Below are positions 48,404-62,784 of a DNA stretch of 64,000 nt, piece after piece. A program made the translations under genes and the position numbers. Each line of letters begins with the position of its first letter. Positions within the stretch are counted from its first letter, which is position 1. Source of the stretch: Pseudovirgaria hyperparasitica. Taxonomy: Eukaryota. The DNA is taken from the NCBI GenBank assembly GCA_010093815.1, contig ML996583.1. One strand, written 5' to 3'. Below the pieces are notes generated by a model. The model did not search any database and was not told the DNA's origin. It saw only the letters and a list, made by a program, of their open reading frames with translations.

Positions 48404-49542
48404 GATGCGTAAAGTTGGCCAGCGCAGATAAGGTGAGACACCGAGTAAACCTTCTCGCGCGTGCGAGTGAACGATGGAGGACGAGCGTCTCGTTGGTAGA
48501 TACAAGGATTTGCCGGGAAGGACTTTTAGAATGATGAGAGGCAAGCTATCTCAGTTGCGACGTAAACAAACACCTGTTGCAAGTCGCAACGCTGACGTCC
48601 ACTCTAGATTGTGTTTGGTAAGGCGGCTACCATTCTTTGCGCGCTAGTCACGTGGTAATTTCCGCTTCGCGCTGTCACGTGCAAAGTCCACACTTTCTCC
48701 CTGACGCAAATTCATAACTATATTCCGTAAACTCAATGGCTACTTTCAGCCAAGATTGATGAACGACCTTTCGACAACGATAAGAGATTCAAATTGAATT
48801 GGCCAGAAACAAAGTTGTGTATCAAAAAATCGACAGGTACCTGACTGATCAGCAGAAAACCTCAGGCTCTAAATGAGTGTCAATTTCGTTATTTAATGGT
48901 GTGATTCCGGATAGTGCCCCTCGGAAATCTATAAGAACATATTTACAGGAGAGGAGAGATATAACTGAAAAGCACGTTAAGCCTTCATTACACAACCTTT
49001 GTCAAGGTGATAGCATTATGGATACGTGTAGAGAGGAAACTTTACCGCCAACTGGCGAGCTTACATCTAGCAGGAGGAAGCTCATGAACGCGTCTAGTCA
49101 AATATATACAAACAGCTCTTCAGCACAAACAAGAGGAACGTATCTGGCAAGCATTGGGAAAGACGAAGAAGTCTTGCACACAAGGGTTTGTGTGAAGACA
49201 AGTGGGCAGGTGTATTGGACTTGCAACATGATTGCGACTTATGCAACACAGTGCGTACTACTGTGCTGGTAGCGAGTTGAAGGACGCCCCCGGCTCGGGT
49301 TCCCTCGGAGATCGTACACGTTGGAAGGAATCGACATTTCATTTGCCGAACTCAATTTGGCAGTCTTCATGCTCGGATCCCAGTCGTAATGAAGGCTTTT
49401 GCAGGGTCTGAAGCTCGATCATTACAGCTCACATGACATTAAGTATCGAATCGATCTGACGTTCGCAGTGTGGCTGTAATCAAATTTATGTAGATTTCCG
49501 TAGGGTAGGACACTGTACAATCGCGAGGTGAATGATGTCCTC

Positions 49543-50607
49543 TCAATGATAGAAAGAACAGGGCGTGATCGATCGCAGTCCGAATTCTCTTTCGACCTCT
49601 CGTAATGAAACACCATCTTCTTCAACCTTCTTCGCCATCACTCTCTCCTCTGTAAAGCAGTGTTAGATGATGCAGTTCCTTGAGTGGTATGATACTCACC
49701 TCGCCATATTGATACCAAGGCCATGAGTGGAAGCCATAGCAGTAACATGGAAAGAACTTGTCCGTAAGCCCAAGAGTTTTCATCTTTCCCGGTCATATAG
49801 ACGTCCGCGTTCGCTTCATGCGGAAATGCGTCCCCAACTTCAATAATCTGAACGACAATGGTGATACACGCGGCGGAGAGCACCCCAAGCGTGAAACACT
49901 GGATCAACTTCGTCGATTTCCCTTCCTTTATGTTCAGAAAGTATATCCCAAGCCCGAAGAGCAACATATGGCACATGATCACAATGATGATCAGTAGAAT
50001 CGGCTTCCCCCAGATAGGGTTTTCACTGATCGCCTCCTGTCCCAATGCTTTGTCCCAGGCGCACGCGATTGGCAGGGTCTGTACGAGTTTACGAAAAAGG
50101 AATCGCAGGAGAAACATTGCCACGACAAGACTGAGCATAGCATTCAAGCCCATCAATAGTTGACGTATTCGCTTCATCAGCCAATCTTCCCTATACTGCC
50201 TGAACAAGGTTATTGTCGTAGCCATGTGGCAGAACGTTGCAAAACAGCCTATAAGATAGACCATGTAGAAGTGATAGAAATCGAGAGAACCCATCTTGGT
50301 GAGACTGATGACGAGGACGCCGATGCCGGTGATAATCTGCTGGTCGGAAAACGCCACCAGTAATTTACGCATTATGATCGCGATGGCGTCCAGTTTACGC
50401 CGAGTCTCGCACAGAGGCTCAAACATGGTTATGAGGAAGGCCAAGGCCAGACAGAAAGCATTCATGATCATGAACGAGAGAAGGACCTGAAGACTGGTAA
50501 GTATACCTGACTCCGAGCTCTGATGCGGCACGTACGCCAATACCCCCAACACCGCCATCTCTTTCCACGCTGTCACGTCTAGTGCAGTCTATAGTGGTCT
50601 TAAGCAT
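49543..50607 (-). CDS. Uncharacterised fungal multi-pass membrane protein (SDQQ..TG family), about 3 exons
   Basis: DGGVGGIG|VLLSF, FSDQQIITGIGVL, YHF, ENSWAYGQVLSMLLL; multiple hydrophobic helices; ends approximate. Confidence 0.65.
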
Positions 50608-51989
50608 TAAGAAGGCTTTGCTGGCCACCGACGTGTAACGGAGGACTGGGCTGGATAGTGGAGACCAATGGGAGAAATGAAATAGGAGAGAAGAATAATA
50701 GAAGCCCGGGAACCCGTCTGCCGATCCGATACAGAGAAGCCGTTGGAATTTGGATAGCTTGTTGTCGATGGCCATCAACTGAATTGAACAAGAATGAACG
50801 CACAAAAGAGGACAGCGGGTGCAATTAGGTCGTGGGCGTACTGGAATGGTGACTGCGCAACCTTGGAAGGCTATCAAGAGTCCTCAAACTGCGGGGAATC
50901 AAGGAAGCCTGGAAGAGCATGTGCAGTAACGATGATCATACTGCTAACACTAGTGGGGGAAAGATCGATGCAAAAGGTCTTTCCTGAAGTTGATGAAGTT
51001 GGATACCGATCTCTAATGTGACTGTCGTTGTTGGCGAGTAGGTACAACGATAGGTAAGCTATAACTATGAGTGACTTTTGAAGTCGGTACGACGAAATAT
51101 GGACCTGTCTGCTGCCAGCAACATTGAGTATTCCATTGTTTTCACAATGGACTTGGACCTGTCTATTTGGCTGCCTAGGTAAGTGCACAGAAGAGCTAGC
51201 CGTCGATGGAATGAAGTTCTGGATGAAGTTATGAGTCCTAATCGCGCACCTCACATGCTTTATGCGAGACATCACATGGTGTTTTTGAAACTCTGATCTT
51301 CCTATGATCTCTGAGCACCGAGAAGCAGAAGCTTAGACGGCTCCCCACTGATAAGAAAGATCTCGGGCACCTCGACTACATATCTGATATTGCCGCAGAT
51401 AGGCACTTCGTGCCATTAACTGTGCTAGATCTGGACGTTCAAAACTGCACAACGAACTCCAGCCACTGATGTTGAGCAAAATAGTAGTATCGCAGACAGC
51501 GCATTATCGGGTACTTTGATACGTCTAACATCCTCTAAATGCTCATTCTCACACCCCTATTTCTGGTTGGCTCGTCCAATGAATCTAATACGTACAAAGA
51601 TAATTTATCTCTCACCCTCTTCAAGGTCATACGAGTTGTAGAAAAATTAAATTACAACAGATGAGATTTAGAACCTCCTAGAGCTCGATATGGGGGTGTA
51701 AGGACATGTTTCTGATCCGAAACATGTTCATTTCCCCGCAATCTAAATGTGTAAGCCTCGGACCGCGTGTCCGGTACTATTAAGGCTCTATCATATCAGC
51801 CGGTAGATTGCAGAATCGCGCTGCCGCACTCTATGTGTTAACTCGGCTTCATGGGCCTTCATTTGGATGATATGCTAGTGTGCGGTCTGCAATTTGAAGC
51901 ATAGATATATATATACGAACTTGTCTTCTTACTCTTTGCTCCCATCGTTGGTAACCACGCCACTTCATGACACAAGACAGCTTATTAGA

Positions 51990-53117
51990 ATGCTAGGCTA
52001 TTTCCTCTTGTACAGTGCCTTTGTTGGCTCAGTCTTTGCGGGCACAATAATATGGGATGGGCGTTTCAACGACATGACATCCTCCGCGGATCTCAACAAT
52101 TGTGAGTACTACGACGATGTTCATACTTTCTTTTCTCCCTGAATTGACCTCATCTGTCAGGGTCATGGGCCAATCAGGTTGGCAACTATCAGTACTACAT
52201 TCATGGCAGCGGTACTGTCGACAAATATTTGAACCTGGCTACATCATACAAAAATCCTGCCGATACAGGTTCAAAGCAAGGTGCCAAAATCACCCTCGAT
52301 AGCACTGCGAAATGGAACAGTGATATGTGGCGCACTGAACTTATCCCCCAGACTACCGCCGCAATCAACAAGAATAGAGTCTACTATCATTTCTCCATGA
52401 AGCGTTCTACCCTGAATGCTCCCAGTGTAAATCACGAGCACCAAGTGAACTTCTTGTACCCTTACCCCTCCTGTTACACCCTTGATGCCAGCTAAACCTG
52501 CCAGTGAGTCTCACTTTACCGAAATGAAGTATGGCTGGGTCAACGGCGAATCTGGCACATCGAATCCTAATCTGCAATGGTTCGTGTCCGGCCAATCCAA
52601 ATGGAGCACTCCCTTCGACGCAGAGGTATGGCACAACGTTGCCTACGAAATCGACTTCGCAGCTGGCTCTGTATCATTCTGGCACTCTACTGGTAGTGCG
52701 GCGCTCACGCTGACCGCCGGTCCCATTAGTACATCTACCTCCTCAAATGGTGCGGACTGGCACCTGGGCGTACTGCGACTGCCGCGTAGCGGATATGATA
52801 CCACGAATTCAGAGGATTGGTACTTTAGCGGTGTGTATGTTGAAACTGGTAGCTTGACGACAGGAGTGGCGAGCCCGGGAGTTGCAGGCGGAGGGATACC
52901 TGTAGTGAGCTCTACGCTGACGAATGCGCTGCCAATAACTATGGTGCCCACAAGTACTGTACGGACGACTCTTATCACGTCTTCAAAGCCGGTTGTGACA
53001 GGCACACCTGTGGCCCAGTATGCACGGTGCGGAGGGGCGTCGTATACAGGATCGACTGTTTGTGTAACGCCATATAAGTGTGTCCAGCTGAACGATTATT
53101 ACTCGCAATGTCAGTAA
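51990..53117 (+). CDS. Glycoside hydrolase family 131 with C-terminal CBM1, 3 exons
   Basis: Signal peptide; [59 protein letters not shown] linker; [30 protein letters not shown] (CBM1). Confidence 0.92.
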
Positions 53118-53505
53118 CTTGGTGTATGGAGCCCATCAGATTATGAACGAGAGATTCCATAGCTATGTTGGGTCCAAGTGTACTCACGGATTCCGGGATG
53201 ATAGTATAAAGCCAGTTCCGGTATTATATATATGATCCATCTAACTATGAAGCTTTTTCTTTTCTCAATTGGCTAAATCGACGAGTCGGCACGCCAAAGC
53301 ACACTTTCACCTCTAACATACGGCCCTTACACTATTCCCAGTACACCGGAGCCCATACATTGACATTATGCGTTGTGATTTCTATGCTGAGCATGCTGGA
53401 CATTCTAAAGGTACATAACCTCCCATGTGTAGAGTTGGAAGATAAGCTATTGGTACATGGTCATTAGTGCGATCATTCGTAAGATATTAACTCCTCCTTC
53501 CCGAA

Positions 53506-55918
53506 TCAGCCGATCTGAGATGGGTTGATGCTCATCTTAGCTCCACGACGAGCGATACTCTCTAGTTGTGCCGCATCAAGACCAAATGAAACACCGATGC
53601 GCATAAGGCGACCTGCTATCCACATCCGCTGCTGTTCCGAGACGTTTGGGACCCTGTTGCATACAAAAAGTGGCCAGGCGAGGAAATATGCACCTAGCGC
53701 TTCGGCAGCTATGATCCATCAGCTGAGGCAGGCTTGTCAAGGTGTTGGACTGACCTTTATTCTCGTCTCCCGTTGTCCTTGGCCTACTATGCATGTCGAA
53801 GCTCATGTGGAAAGGGACTGAGGAGCAGATATCATTCACCATCTGCTGAGACGTGTATTGGGCACGTAGCATCTCGAAGTCCGAATTTTGGCCCATATCG
53901 CCGATGATACTTAAGCAGCCCATGATGACAATCTGGCAAAAGATACGGGTGACCCGATAGTCATTCTGGATGTTCGAGACGAACACGTCGTTATATATAT
54001 GCTGTGGGCCAGGCCATTCGGGACAGAGCATGATGTCAGTATCAGAATCTTCGACGATGGAAATTATTTGAGGATTCCAAGTGGATGGAAGCGTCGCTGC
54101 CCAGTTCTCTAGACCGGCATCCATTTTCTTTGTGCTCTGCAGTAAAGCATTTACCTCTGTCGAAACATCTCCAGATGCTTGGCCGCTCTGTAGAGTTTCA
54201 AAGCGGCTTCTGATCTCTGGCAGTTCCATGGATATCATGGTGAGACGATTGGCAGCGTTTTCTTCGGTGTCCTTGCCTTTCCAACCATTCTCGCCTGGAA
54301 ATGTGTCTACGGGCTTCTTCCTCTGGACGCAGTTAGTGAGCTATTAACAGTCAGTATGATTCAAGCTGTTAAAGACATTTGCGCACCATCATCGATCTCA
54401 CCGCACGAAATATGTTGTAAGATTGGGGATTATTGAACTGTTCTGTGCCCCGCATCTTGACTAATGCCACGGCGCCGTCAACGTGATGATTCCAGTTTTG
54501 TGTTTCCAGCTCACTTGTCGATACGATTTCCTGTTCTTGAGTTAGTCTGGCCGAATTTGAGAGGCCAGTAGAAGCAATTCCGGAGAGAATGAAAGAGCGA
54601 GCCCTGGAGGCTTGACCAAATCCAGCAGCCAGGGCGGCAGAGCGAGCATAGACGATATTGGATTCGACACTTACTTCGTATAGCGAGAAGAGAAGTATCG
54701 AAAGTAACGTCTCGTCGGACTTGGCCTTGACTGGATCTCTGAGAGCCTCGTTTACCTTGTGTAAAGCTTGCCCGTATATGACCCTTGCTTGACGGAGAAC
54801 GTCATTCCTTTCCGGGTAGCGTCCGAATGCAGATAGTGCGACTGCATGTGTAGCATCCTGTAGAGGCGATCTGGTACCAGCTTTGAGGTATACCGGTCCA
54901 AGATATTCAAGGAATCCTCGTACACTTTCGGCCTCTCTTGGCAAATGTACAAAATTGTGAAAGAAGAACGATGTAGCTTGAGTTTGCGTTGAAGGATTCA
55001 GACTGGGTAGAATTGTTGGTGTAAGTAAGTCTGCTGTCATAGACAATTCTTGTCGTGCTATTGGAAAAAGTTCCTCTGGTTCGCTGCCTGGCGTCAATGA
55101 TGATGCAGATGAACTTTCACCGTGATATGATGCTGGAGATCGCTGAAGCGTAGGAGAAGTAGAGGTCGGAGATGATTTGCTGCTTTTATGTTAGCTTCAT
55201 GTACATAGAGCCACAGAAAAGAGCTCTCAGAAAGTTGCAGGAAGTACAAAAACATGCCGGCAGTAGAAGCAATTTCAGGATTCACACGAATAGGTTCCAC
55301 AAAGTAAAAATTCACAAGACCCGTGTGACACGATAAGTTCCATCATGTCTCGCTTGAGGATAAACACAGATGAAGATGGGCAGAGTCTGCTGAGGGTGCC
55401 TCTGAACAAGGGACAAGTGCAAAATATTCACTTCGAGATCTTTTTGGGAGCACATCCATATTCAAGACGTGTGGTATTACCGGCTTGAACAACTGGCTCA
55501 ATCGTGTCACATCATGCCACCTAAATCGCAAGGGGTACATTGTCGCTGTATAGTGATGGGTAATGAGAGGCCTAGTATTGACTTTCGAATAGCATGGCAG
55601 GCTTCAGAGGAATAGAACATGATAGCGCGTGGAACATACTTGGAGGAATAAGAATTCTTAGACGTCGACGAGCGTTGAGCACGCCGCGCCAACGCGACAT
55701 TCTCATTGCGGAATATAAGGTCGAACTCGTCAGGGTAGCCAGGGCAATTGCGCGCAGACTTTAGGCATTGTCCGCAACTCGGCCGTTCTTCGTCACACTG
55801 CATCGTTTAAGCTTGATTGGCCTGGGAGCTATATGCTGCCGGTGGGGACATGACTTACTTTTATTCGACGAGACTTGCACATCTGACATGCCCTTGACGG
55901 CTTGCCGGTGTATACCAT
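53506..55918 (-). CDS. Zn(II)2Cys6 transcription factor with fungal TF domain, multi-exon
   Basis: MVYTGKPSRACQMCKSRRIK|CDEERPSCGQCLKSARNCPGY; SDETLLSILLFSLYE, HVDGAVALVKMRG, DICSSVPF, LAWPLF. Confidence 0.88.
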
Positions 55919-57613
55919 GGCGGCCAATTAGAGGTGGGCGTGATTCCAGTAACTGAGTACCATTGACATGAAGAAGACAAGACTCTATGCCTCAAGTGTG
56001 GAAGCTTAGGGAAGGACTAAGACAGCGTCAATTATCGATGAGTAGCAACTTAACCTGAAACGCATATATGTGTATTGTACAAGCACACCGAGCACCAAAA
56101 TAGAACCTTGCGATGATAACAGTCGTCACCAGATGAAGCCACACGAGAATGCATGCAGCTTTGTGATGGTCCGAGGCAGTTGACGCAACATAGAAGCCTC
56201 GTTTTCCGCGTAATGCCTGACCATACAGCGACCCATAGTAACAGCCACCCGGGCCGTGGACGTCAGACACACAAGCTCCGGCGGCTTGCGATGACTAGAA
56301 GAAAGGGCAAGAAAAGGAGAGATCAAGTGTGGAGATAGGTCAACACATGGACCAAAGAAGGAACAATAGCCTGTAGGACTCGACGATGGATAAACGGCAG
56401 AAACGTTGTACCGGTCCCGGCGGGAACGAAGTGACTATGCAATGGACGTTGACGTTTGATACCTGATGCCAAGATTCGCAAGCTCTTCCATATTGGTCTT
56501 AGTCGCTTCGCCCAGGCTGAGGCTGCGAACCAAATGCGTAACACAGTCCACACTGTCACCGTACGACTGGAATTAGTACAGCACCTGTTCATGAGCCATA
56601 GTGTCGGAGCCGGAGAGTATGCTTGTATTCCAAGCCGAAGCATCAGGTACGAGTGGCTGTGCCTGAGCATCGCCAGGCATTTAGACCCCTATACTTTGCA
56701 AACTTTGCAATCATACAGATCATGTGGCTAAGGTGTTCAATTGCTATTCGTGCATTGCTCCTTATCGACAGAGTTTGTACTTGTCCGTCAGTGACTCAAC
56801 TTAGTGTGTGCCGAGATGAAGTACGTATAGCATATCCCAATTCAACCGCTGGGACGGATTTTCGATCTCGCCAACAGCCACAGACCCATGACGTTCCACG
56901 AGTCTCAACCGCCATTGTCCCGAATGGCATATATGAGAATCAAACACCACACTGTGAGCCTGATGTGTTCGACGGTCAAAAAATCGCTGACGTTAAGCTC
57001 TCGCTTACCTCGTATTGAGGATTGCACGGCGCCCAGTATAATGACGCGGCCTGTCTCGGCTGCAGATGCTAAGCCTCTTAGGTACGAAAAACCCTGATGC
57101 CTGACATTTTTGGTATTGTGATGATGCAGTTCATGTCGATTGAAGATAAATATGCGCTGCCGCGAAAAGACTACGTACCTACTATCGTCAATACCTACTT
57201 TGCTAACCTGCAGGTTCCGCGTGGCCAGAAGCAGGCATAATCGAGTCCTGGAAAACATGTTTTATGGCAGGTTTCGCGATTAGCTACATGGCGCTCACCA
57301 AACAATGTTGGTATTTGAAATGCCTTCCATGTATGAAAATATGGCTATGCCAATACGCAGACTTGGCTTGCATACACTGTTATCAACCTACGATTGATCC
57401 GCAGCTTTTCCTGTCTTGTCTGTCGAGGTTCCGAATAGCCTTTATGATGATATGATGAGAAGATTGAGATATTGATGTGTTAAAACATCCGTGAACGATA
57501 TCGAGTTGCTTTTTCTCTCGACAGACTTGAGCGCCTTTGTCCGAAGTAGTGATACACTGGTCCGACAAACGCACAGGGCTGGAGTTTTCGATGACTATGT
57601 CCCATATCCCATC

Positions 57614-59466
57614 TCAGTAGCCTGGCAAAATCGTTAGCTCCATGTTCTTCGATAGCAATGTTGATCTGATTGACTTACCGCTTTGCTCCTTCCTCTGATC
57701 CGTGTCATCGTCATTATCATCATTATTTGCTCCCTTCCTCCATTCTGAAGCACTTCCCTTTGCTTCGCTCATGGCCTTTGCATCACCTCTCAGCTTCTCG
57801 AAATAAGCTTTGATATCCTCTGCGCCCACGGCTTCCCCACTTTCCGCAAAAGGTTTGAGAAAGGTCTTAACTTTGTCTTTAAGCTGAGCGTAGACCATAG
57901 CCCCTTCAATAGCTCTGACTCGATCCATGTTGCTGAAAGCTGCTTCTCCCCTGTCTAAGAGACTTCCGGTCCCAACACTTCCGCCCGCTGCTGCCTCTCC
58001 GTCATCGGACATGGGCGGTTCATATGTCTCCTCTTCTTCGATGAGTTGCGGATTCTGTTTCAGTAGGGGAAAGCAATCTGAACATTTACACATATGTTCG
58101 CGAAAGTCAACCTTCAAGAACAACGAAATTTGTCCGGCTGGGGCAGGAGCTAATGAGGTCCGCTTGCATGACGCAGGATTCTGACTGCCACTCGCATTAG
58201 CTACAGTGAGAAGTAGCTCAGGAGAACATAGTTCGGACTTCTGGCGCTTAACGCCATCAGCCGCGACTTCTACTTCATCGTCTGCTGGAGACTTTCGCTT
58301 TCTTGAATTATCTTCTGCCTTCGTATCAAAGTCAGAATGAGAGTCGATAGGCTGTGAAATGATCTTCGCTGGCTGTCGCGTGACGGGACCATCCTTCTGG
58401 TAGGGTACGCCATCGAGATATCCAGGTGCACCGGAATACTGCTTGATCCACGGAAAAGCGTCTGCACATTTGTAGCAAATGAGATACTCGAAATCATCTT
58501 CTCTTGGGAATCCGTCCGGTACAATTTCGTCGTCGTCATCATCTTCATCTGTTTCGTCATCGACCACGGGCGGAGCTCTATCGGTATCGCTCGTAGTAGT
58601 CGTACTTATCGTGCGATTCTCTGAACCGTTCTCTTGAATTGTGCTTAACCCATTGGTTGCTTGTCGATCCTTATCGTCGTTGGTCTTCCTGCATGCCTGC
58701 TTTATCCGTTCGATTTCAGCAACATGCTTCCTCCAATCACTTCGGCCAAATCCAACAAGGCATTCGGAATGCCACCAATCTTCTCCGCATCCTCCTTCTT
58801 CGACTGTGCCTAAGCCCATACACTGGAACATGGTACCCTTTTCTTGGTGTGGATCATAGTCTTCCCCGCAGCCGCAGAATCTGTTTTGAAAGTTCTGATT
58901 GTATCTGTTGCTCTTTGCCGGCGCTTCACCGGTTATATTGCCCTTGATGCCAGTAGCCTCATCTCGTCTTAAAGTGCAAGGGGCAGACGTCGGTAGTCGA
59001 GTAGTGCCACAGTCGCAGACAAAATTACGCTTGGCGAACAGCTCGACTAAGGTATGTTCGCCATGGCACGAAATGGAGCAGGAGTAACACACACCCGCTG
59101 GTGTGTAGGACTCGTCAGGTGTTCGCGGGGGAGGATTACAGGTCAGGCAGGAAAAGAGGTTCTGTTTCAATGCGCCGAAAGGTCGAGTACATGTATCGAA
59201 TTGCTGGAATCATTATCAGTACGCGTTACTCACGTCCAAAGTATGCATACGTATGGGAGGGCCTCGCGCGCATCGGCTTCAAGTTGTAGTTGACTACTGA
59301 TGAATCTGAAAGAGAGTTGCGGTTAGTTTGTGTATGGCATGGACTATTGTCAAGTCCTCAGTACTCACTCTGCAGCTGTTTGTGAGTTTTCGGATTGTTG
59401 CGATATGCTATTTGACCTGTGGAGGTCGGCTTGCGCCTGCGCAGCCATATCAATGCGGCTTGCCAT
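57614..59466 (-). CDS. UBR7/Mlo2-like UBR-box + PHD-like zinc finger protein
   Basis: QLQLEADAREALPY, CYSCSISCHGEHTLVELFAKRNFVCDCG, YNQNFQNRFCGC, CGEDWWH, LKDKVKTFLKPFAESG. Confidence 0.87.
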
Positions 59467-59590
59467 CTTCGTGCAGCAGACACAGAGCGAAGTAGTAGTT
59501 GTAGATTTCAGTAAGAAAGAGTGCGATGATGCGCCGTTTCTTGAAGGCTGAAGTTTTTGTTAAGTCCTCGAAGTATAATGTTATACACAA

Positions 59591-59705
59591 GGCGCGTCGC
59601 ATTTGCGCGGCGATACGAGGCCAAAGTCCGGTTCGCGCTAAGCTTCATTTGGAGTAAATTGAAGCGCGCCCGCGCGTGTTCTTGGCACATCTCCAACGCG
59701 TCGCG
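59591..59705. promoter_or_regulatory. MCB-like CGCG elements in the divergent UBR7/MCM2 promoter
   Basis: GCGCGT, CGCGCGT and ACGCGT (59696-59701) clustered upstream of the MCM2 ATG. Confidence 0.55.
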
Positions 59706-59826
59706 CCGTTCAGTTTCCCCTCTGTCCAAGCGCTGAGCCATCATTCAACTGTGAACACCACCACAACATTCCCGTCATCTACATCAGCGCCTGTGACTCT
59801 GTCTAGAATACTAATTGAAACTCGCA

Positions 59827-62587
59827 ATGAGGTAGTCTCTGCCCGTAACATTTCTATGACTCCAAAGTACTGATATGACATAGTTCCCCTCTAAGACCTA
59901 GCATGTCGTCTGCGAATCGAGGTCCTCGTCCAGCAAACTCCCGCAAGCGCTCGAGAGAGCCTGAAGACGATCTTCCATCATCTGCCGCACACCCTCCTTC
60001 AAGCCGTAAGTTTGACAGTATCTTCGTCCTAGGTCATTTTTGTTGACCACCCTAACAGCACCTCCTTCTTCACCGCCGGTTTTCCCTGGAGGATTTGAAG
60101 ACGATGACGAAGCAGGAATAGATCCGGACGACGATCCAATCGGTGATATCGACGATGCTGATGAAATGGCCGAAGATGAAGCTGGAATAGATTTATTTGC
60201 CGACAACTTCGATAAAGATTATGCAGAGGCCGACAATGACGGATATAGAGGACGTGACATCGACGATGAAGGCGATTACGAAGAGCTCGATCCTGCAGAA
60301 CGTAGAAAACTCGAGGCAGCCCTGAACCAGCGCGACAGAGCTCTCGCTCGAGCTCGGAAAATGCCATCTGCCTTCCTACCAGACGACGATGATGATGGCG
60401 CGGTCGATCTCATGCGACAACGCCGTCGCAGACGTGGGAGGTACGATGAGGATCAAGACGAAGAGATGGACGTGATGCAAGAGGAACTCCCTATTGAAGC
60501 CCTCCAGGATGTCAAGGCGGCAAGTCTGACAGACTGGGTCGCACAAGCTGCTGTCGAGAGGACCATCGCAAGGGAATTCAAGGCATTTCTGACGACATAT
60601 ACAGACGAACATGGCACTTCCGTGTATGGTACACGAATCAGAACACTGGGAGAAGTCAACGCAGAATCTCTGGAAGTCTCCTTTGACCATCTTTCTGACT
60701 CTAAAGCAACGCTGGCCTACTTCTTGGCCAATGCACCCTCAGAAATGCTCCAAATATTCGATCGCGTCGCTATGGAGGTCACGCTGCTCCACTATCCAGA
60801 CTACGAGCAGATTCATTCTGAAATCCACGTACGAATCAGCGACCTGCCCGTTCAATATACACTTCGTCAACTTCGTCAGACCCATCTCAACTGTCTTGTG
60901 CGAGTTAGTGGTGTGGTAACTCGCCGTACAGGCGTATTTCCTCAGCTTAAACTTGTCAAGTTTGACTGTCAGAAGTGTGGTATTACGTTGGGGCCATTCC
61001 AGCAAGAGTCGAATGTCGAAGTGAAGATTTCTTACTGCCAGAACTGCCAGTCCAAAGGCCCCTTTACTTTGAACACCGAAAAGACGATATACCGGAACTA
61101 TCAAAAATTGACCCTTCAGGAGTCTCCGGGAACTGTTCCTGCAGGCCGTTTGCCCCGGCAACGTGAGGTCATCCTCCTCTGGGATCTGATTGATTCTGCC
61201 AAACCCGGGGAAGAAGTTGAAATTACTGGAATCTACCGTAACAATTACGATGCGCAATTAAATAACAAGAACGGTTTCCCAGTGTTCGCTACGATTCTCG
61301 AAGCCAACTATGTTGTCAAGTCCCATGATCAGTTGGCCGGCTTCAGGCTCACAGAAGAAGATGAACGTGAGATCCGCAAATTGTCCAAGGATCCGAAGAT
61401 TGTGGACAAGATCATTGCTTCTATCGCACCGAGTATCTACGGTCACACTGACATCAAGACTGCCGTCGCGCTTTCTTTATTCGGAGGTGTGAGTAAAGTA
61501 GCGCAAGGAAAGCATGCAATTCGTGGTGACATCAACATTCTTCTACTTGGCGATCCTGGTACGGCGAAGTCACAAGTACTAAAATATGTTGAGAAGACGG
61601 CACATCGCGCTGTTTTTGCTACAGGTCAAGGTGCTAGTGCTGTCGGTCTGACGGCCAGCGTCCGCCGTGACCCTTTGACAGCAGAATGGACGTTAGAGGG
61701 CGGTGCTTTGGTCCTCGCGGACAGGGGCACCTGTCTGATCGATGAATTTGACAAGATGAATGACCAAGACCGAACATCCATTCACGAAGCTATGGAGCAG
61801 CAAACGATATCCATATCCAAGGCCGGTATCGTCACCACCCTTCAGGCTCGTTGTGCGATTGTAGCAGCTGCCAATCCTATCGGTGGGCGTTACAACAGCA
61901 CCATCCCATTCTCTCAGAATGTCGAGTTGACAGAGCCTATCCTGTCTCGTTTCGACATTCTTTGCGTGGTGAGAGACACTGTGGACCCAAGCGAAGATGA
62001 GCGTTTGGCGAACTTCGTGGTGAACTCGCACGGTCGTGCCCATCCTACCAATGCTGCAGGCAGCAATCCGAACAACCCAAATGTTTCTTCGGCTATGGAT
62101 GTTGATGTCGAATCAGACTACCCGAAGCAGGAGGGCGAGATCCCTCAAGAACTACTCAGGAAGTACATTCTATACGCTCGTGAGAAGTGCAGCCCGAAAC
62201 TGTACCAAATGGATCAAGACAAGCTTGCTCGTCTGTTCGCAGACATGCGTAGAGAGTCTTTAGCTACTGGAGCATACCCGATCACTGTAAGTTACCCGTA
62301 TTGACGTTGTCTTACAGAATCTAATCAGATCCCAGGTTCGTCACTTAGAAGCCATCATTCGTACCGCTGAAGCGTTTGCCAAGATGCGTCTTTCTGAATT
62401 CTGCAGCTCGGTAGATCTCGACCGTGCCATTGCTGTCGCGGTTGACTCGTTCGTGGGCAGTCAGAAGGTCAGCTGTAAGAAGGCACTTGCTAGGGCGTTC
62501 GCCAAATATACCCTTGCCAGACCTGGGGCTGTGAAACCTACAGGCCGGGTCTCAGGAAGGACGCAACAGGTCAATGTACGGGTATGA
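59827..62587 (+). CDS. MCM2: DNA replication licensing factor MCM2, 4 exons
   Basis: Acidic N-terminal histone-binding region, RVSGVVTRRTGVFPQL, GDPGTAKSQ, CLIDEFDKM, SRFD, PITVRHLEAIIR. Confidence 0.97.
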
Positions 62588-62784
62588 GGTTGAGTTTACT
62601 AGCGAAGGCGAATGGTATGGAAAGGGACGATACTCTGGGGTGACGTGTTTCAGAAGGGAAGATGAAGCATGAAGGAGTTCTGGGTTATCCGTACCACTAG
62701 CACTGTTCTACGGAAGATTTAATGTACATGTACAGGCTGTCGAAATATCAGATTTACACAACGAGCAATGTTTATATACATCAG

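Noticed and set aside
48877..49342. ORFs upstream of SRC1
   Set aside because: Non-ATG or short ORFs without recognisable motifs
53506..55918. Zn2Cys6 factor as the RiPP cluster regulator
   Set aside because: 16 kb away and separated by housekeeping genes (RPL42, SRC1); no evidence of linkage
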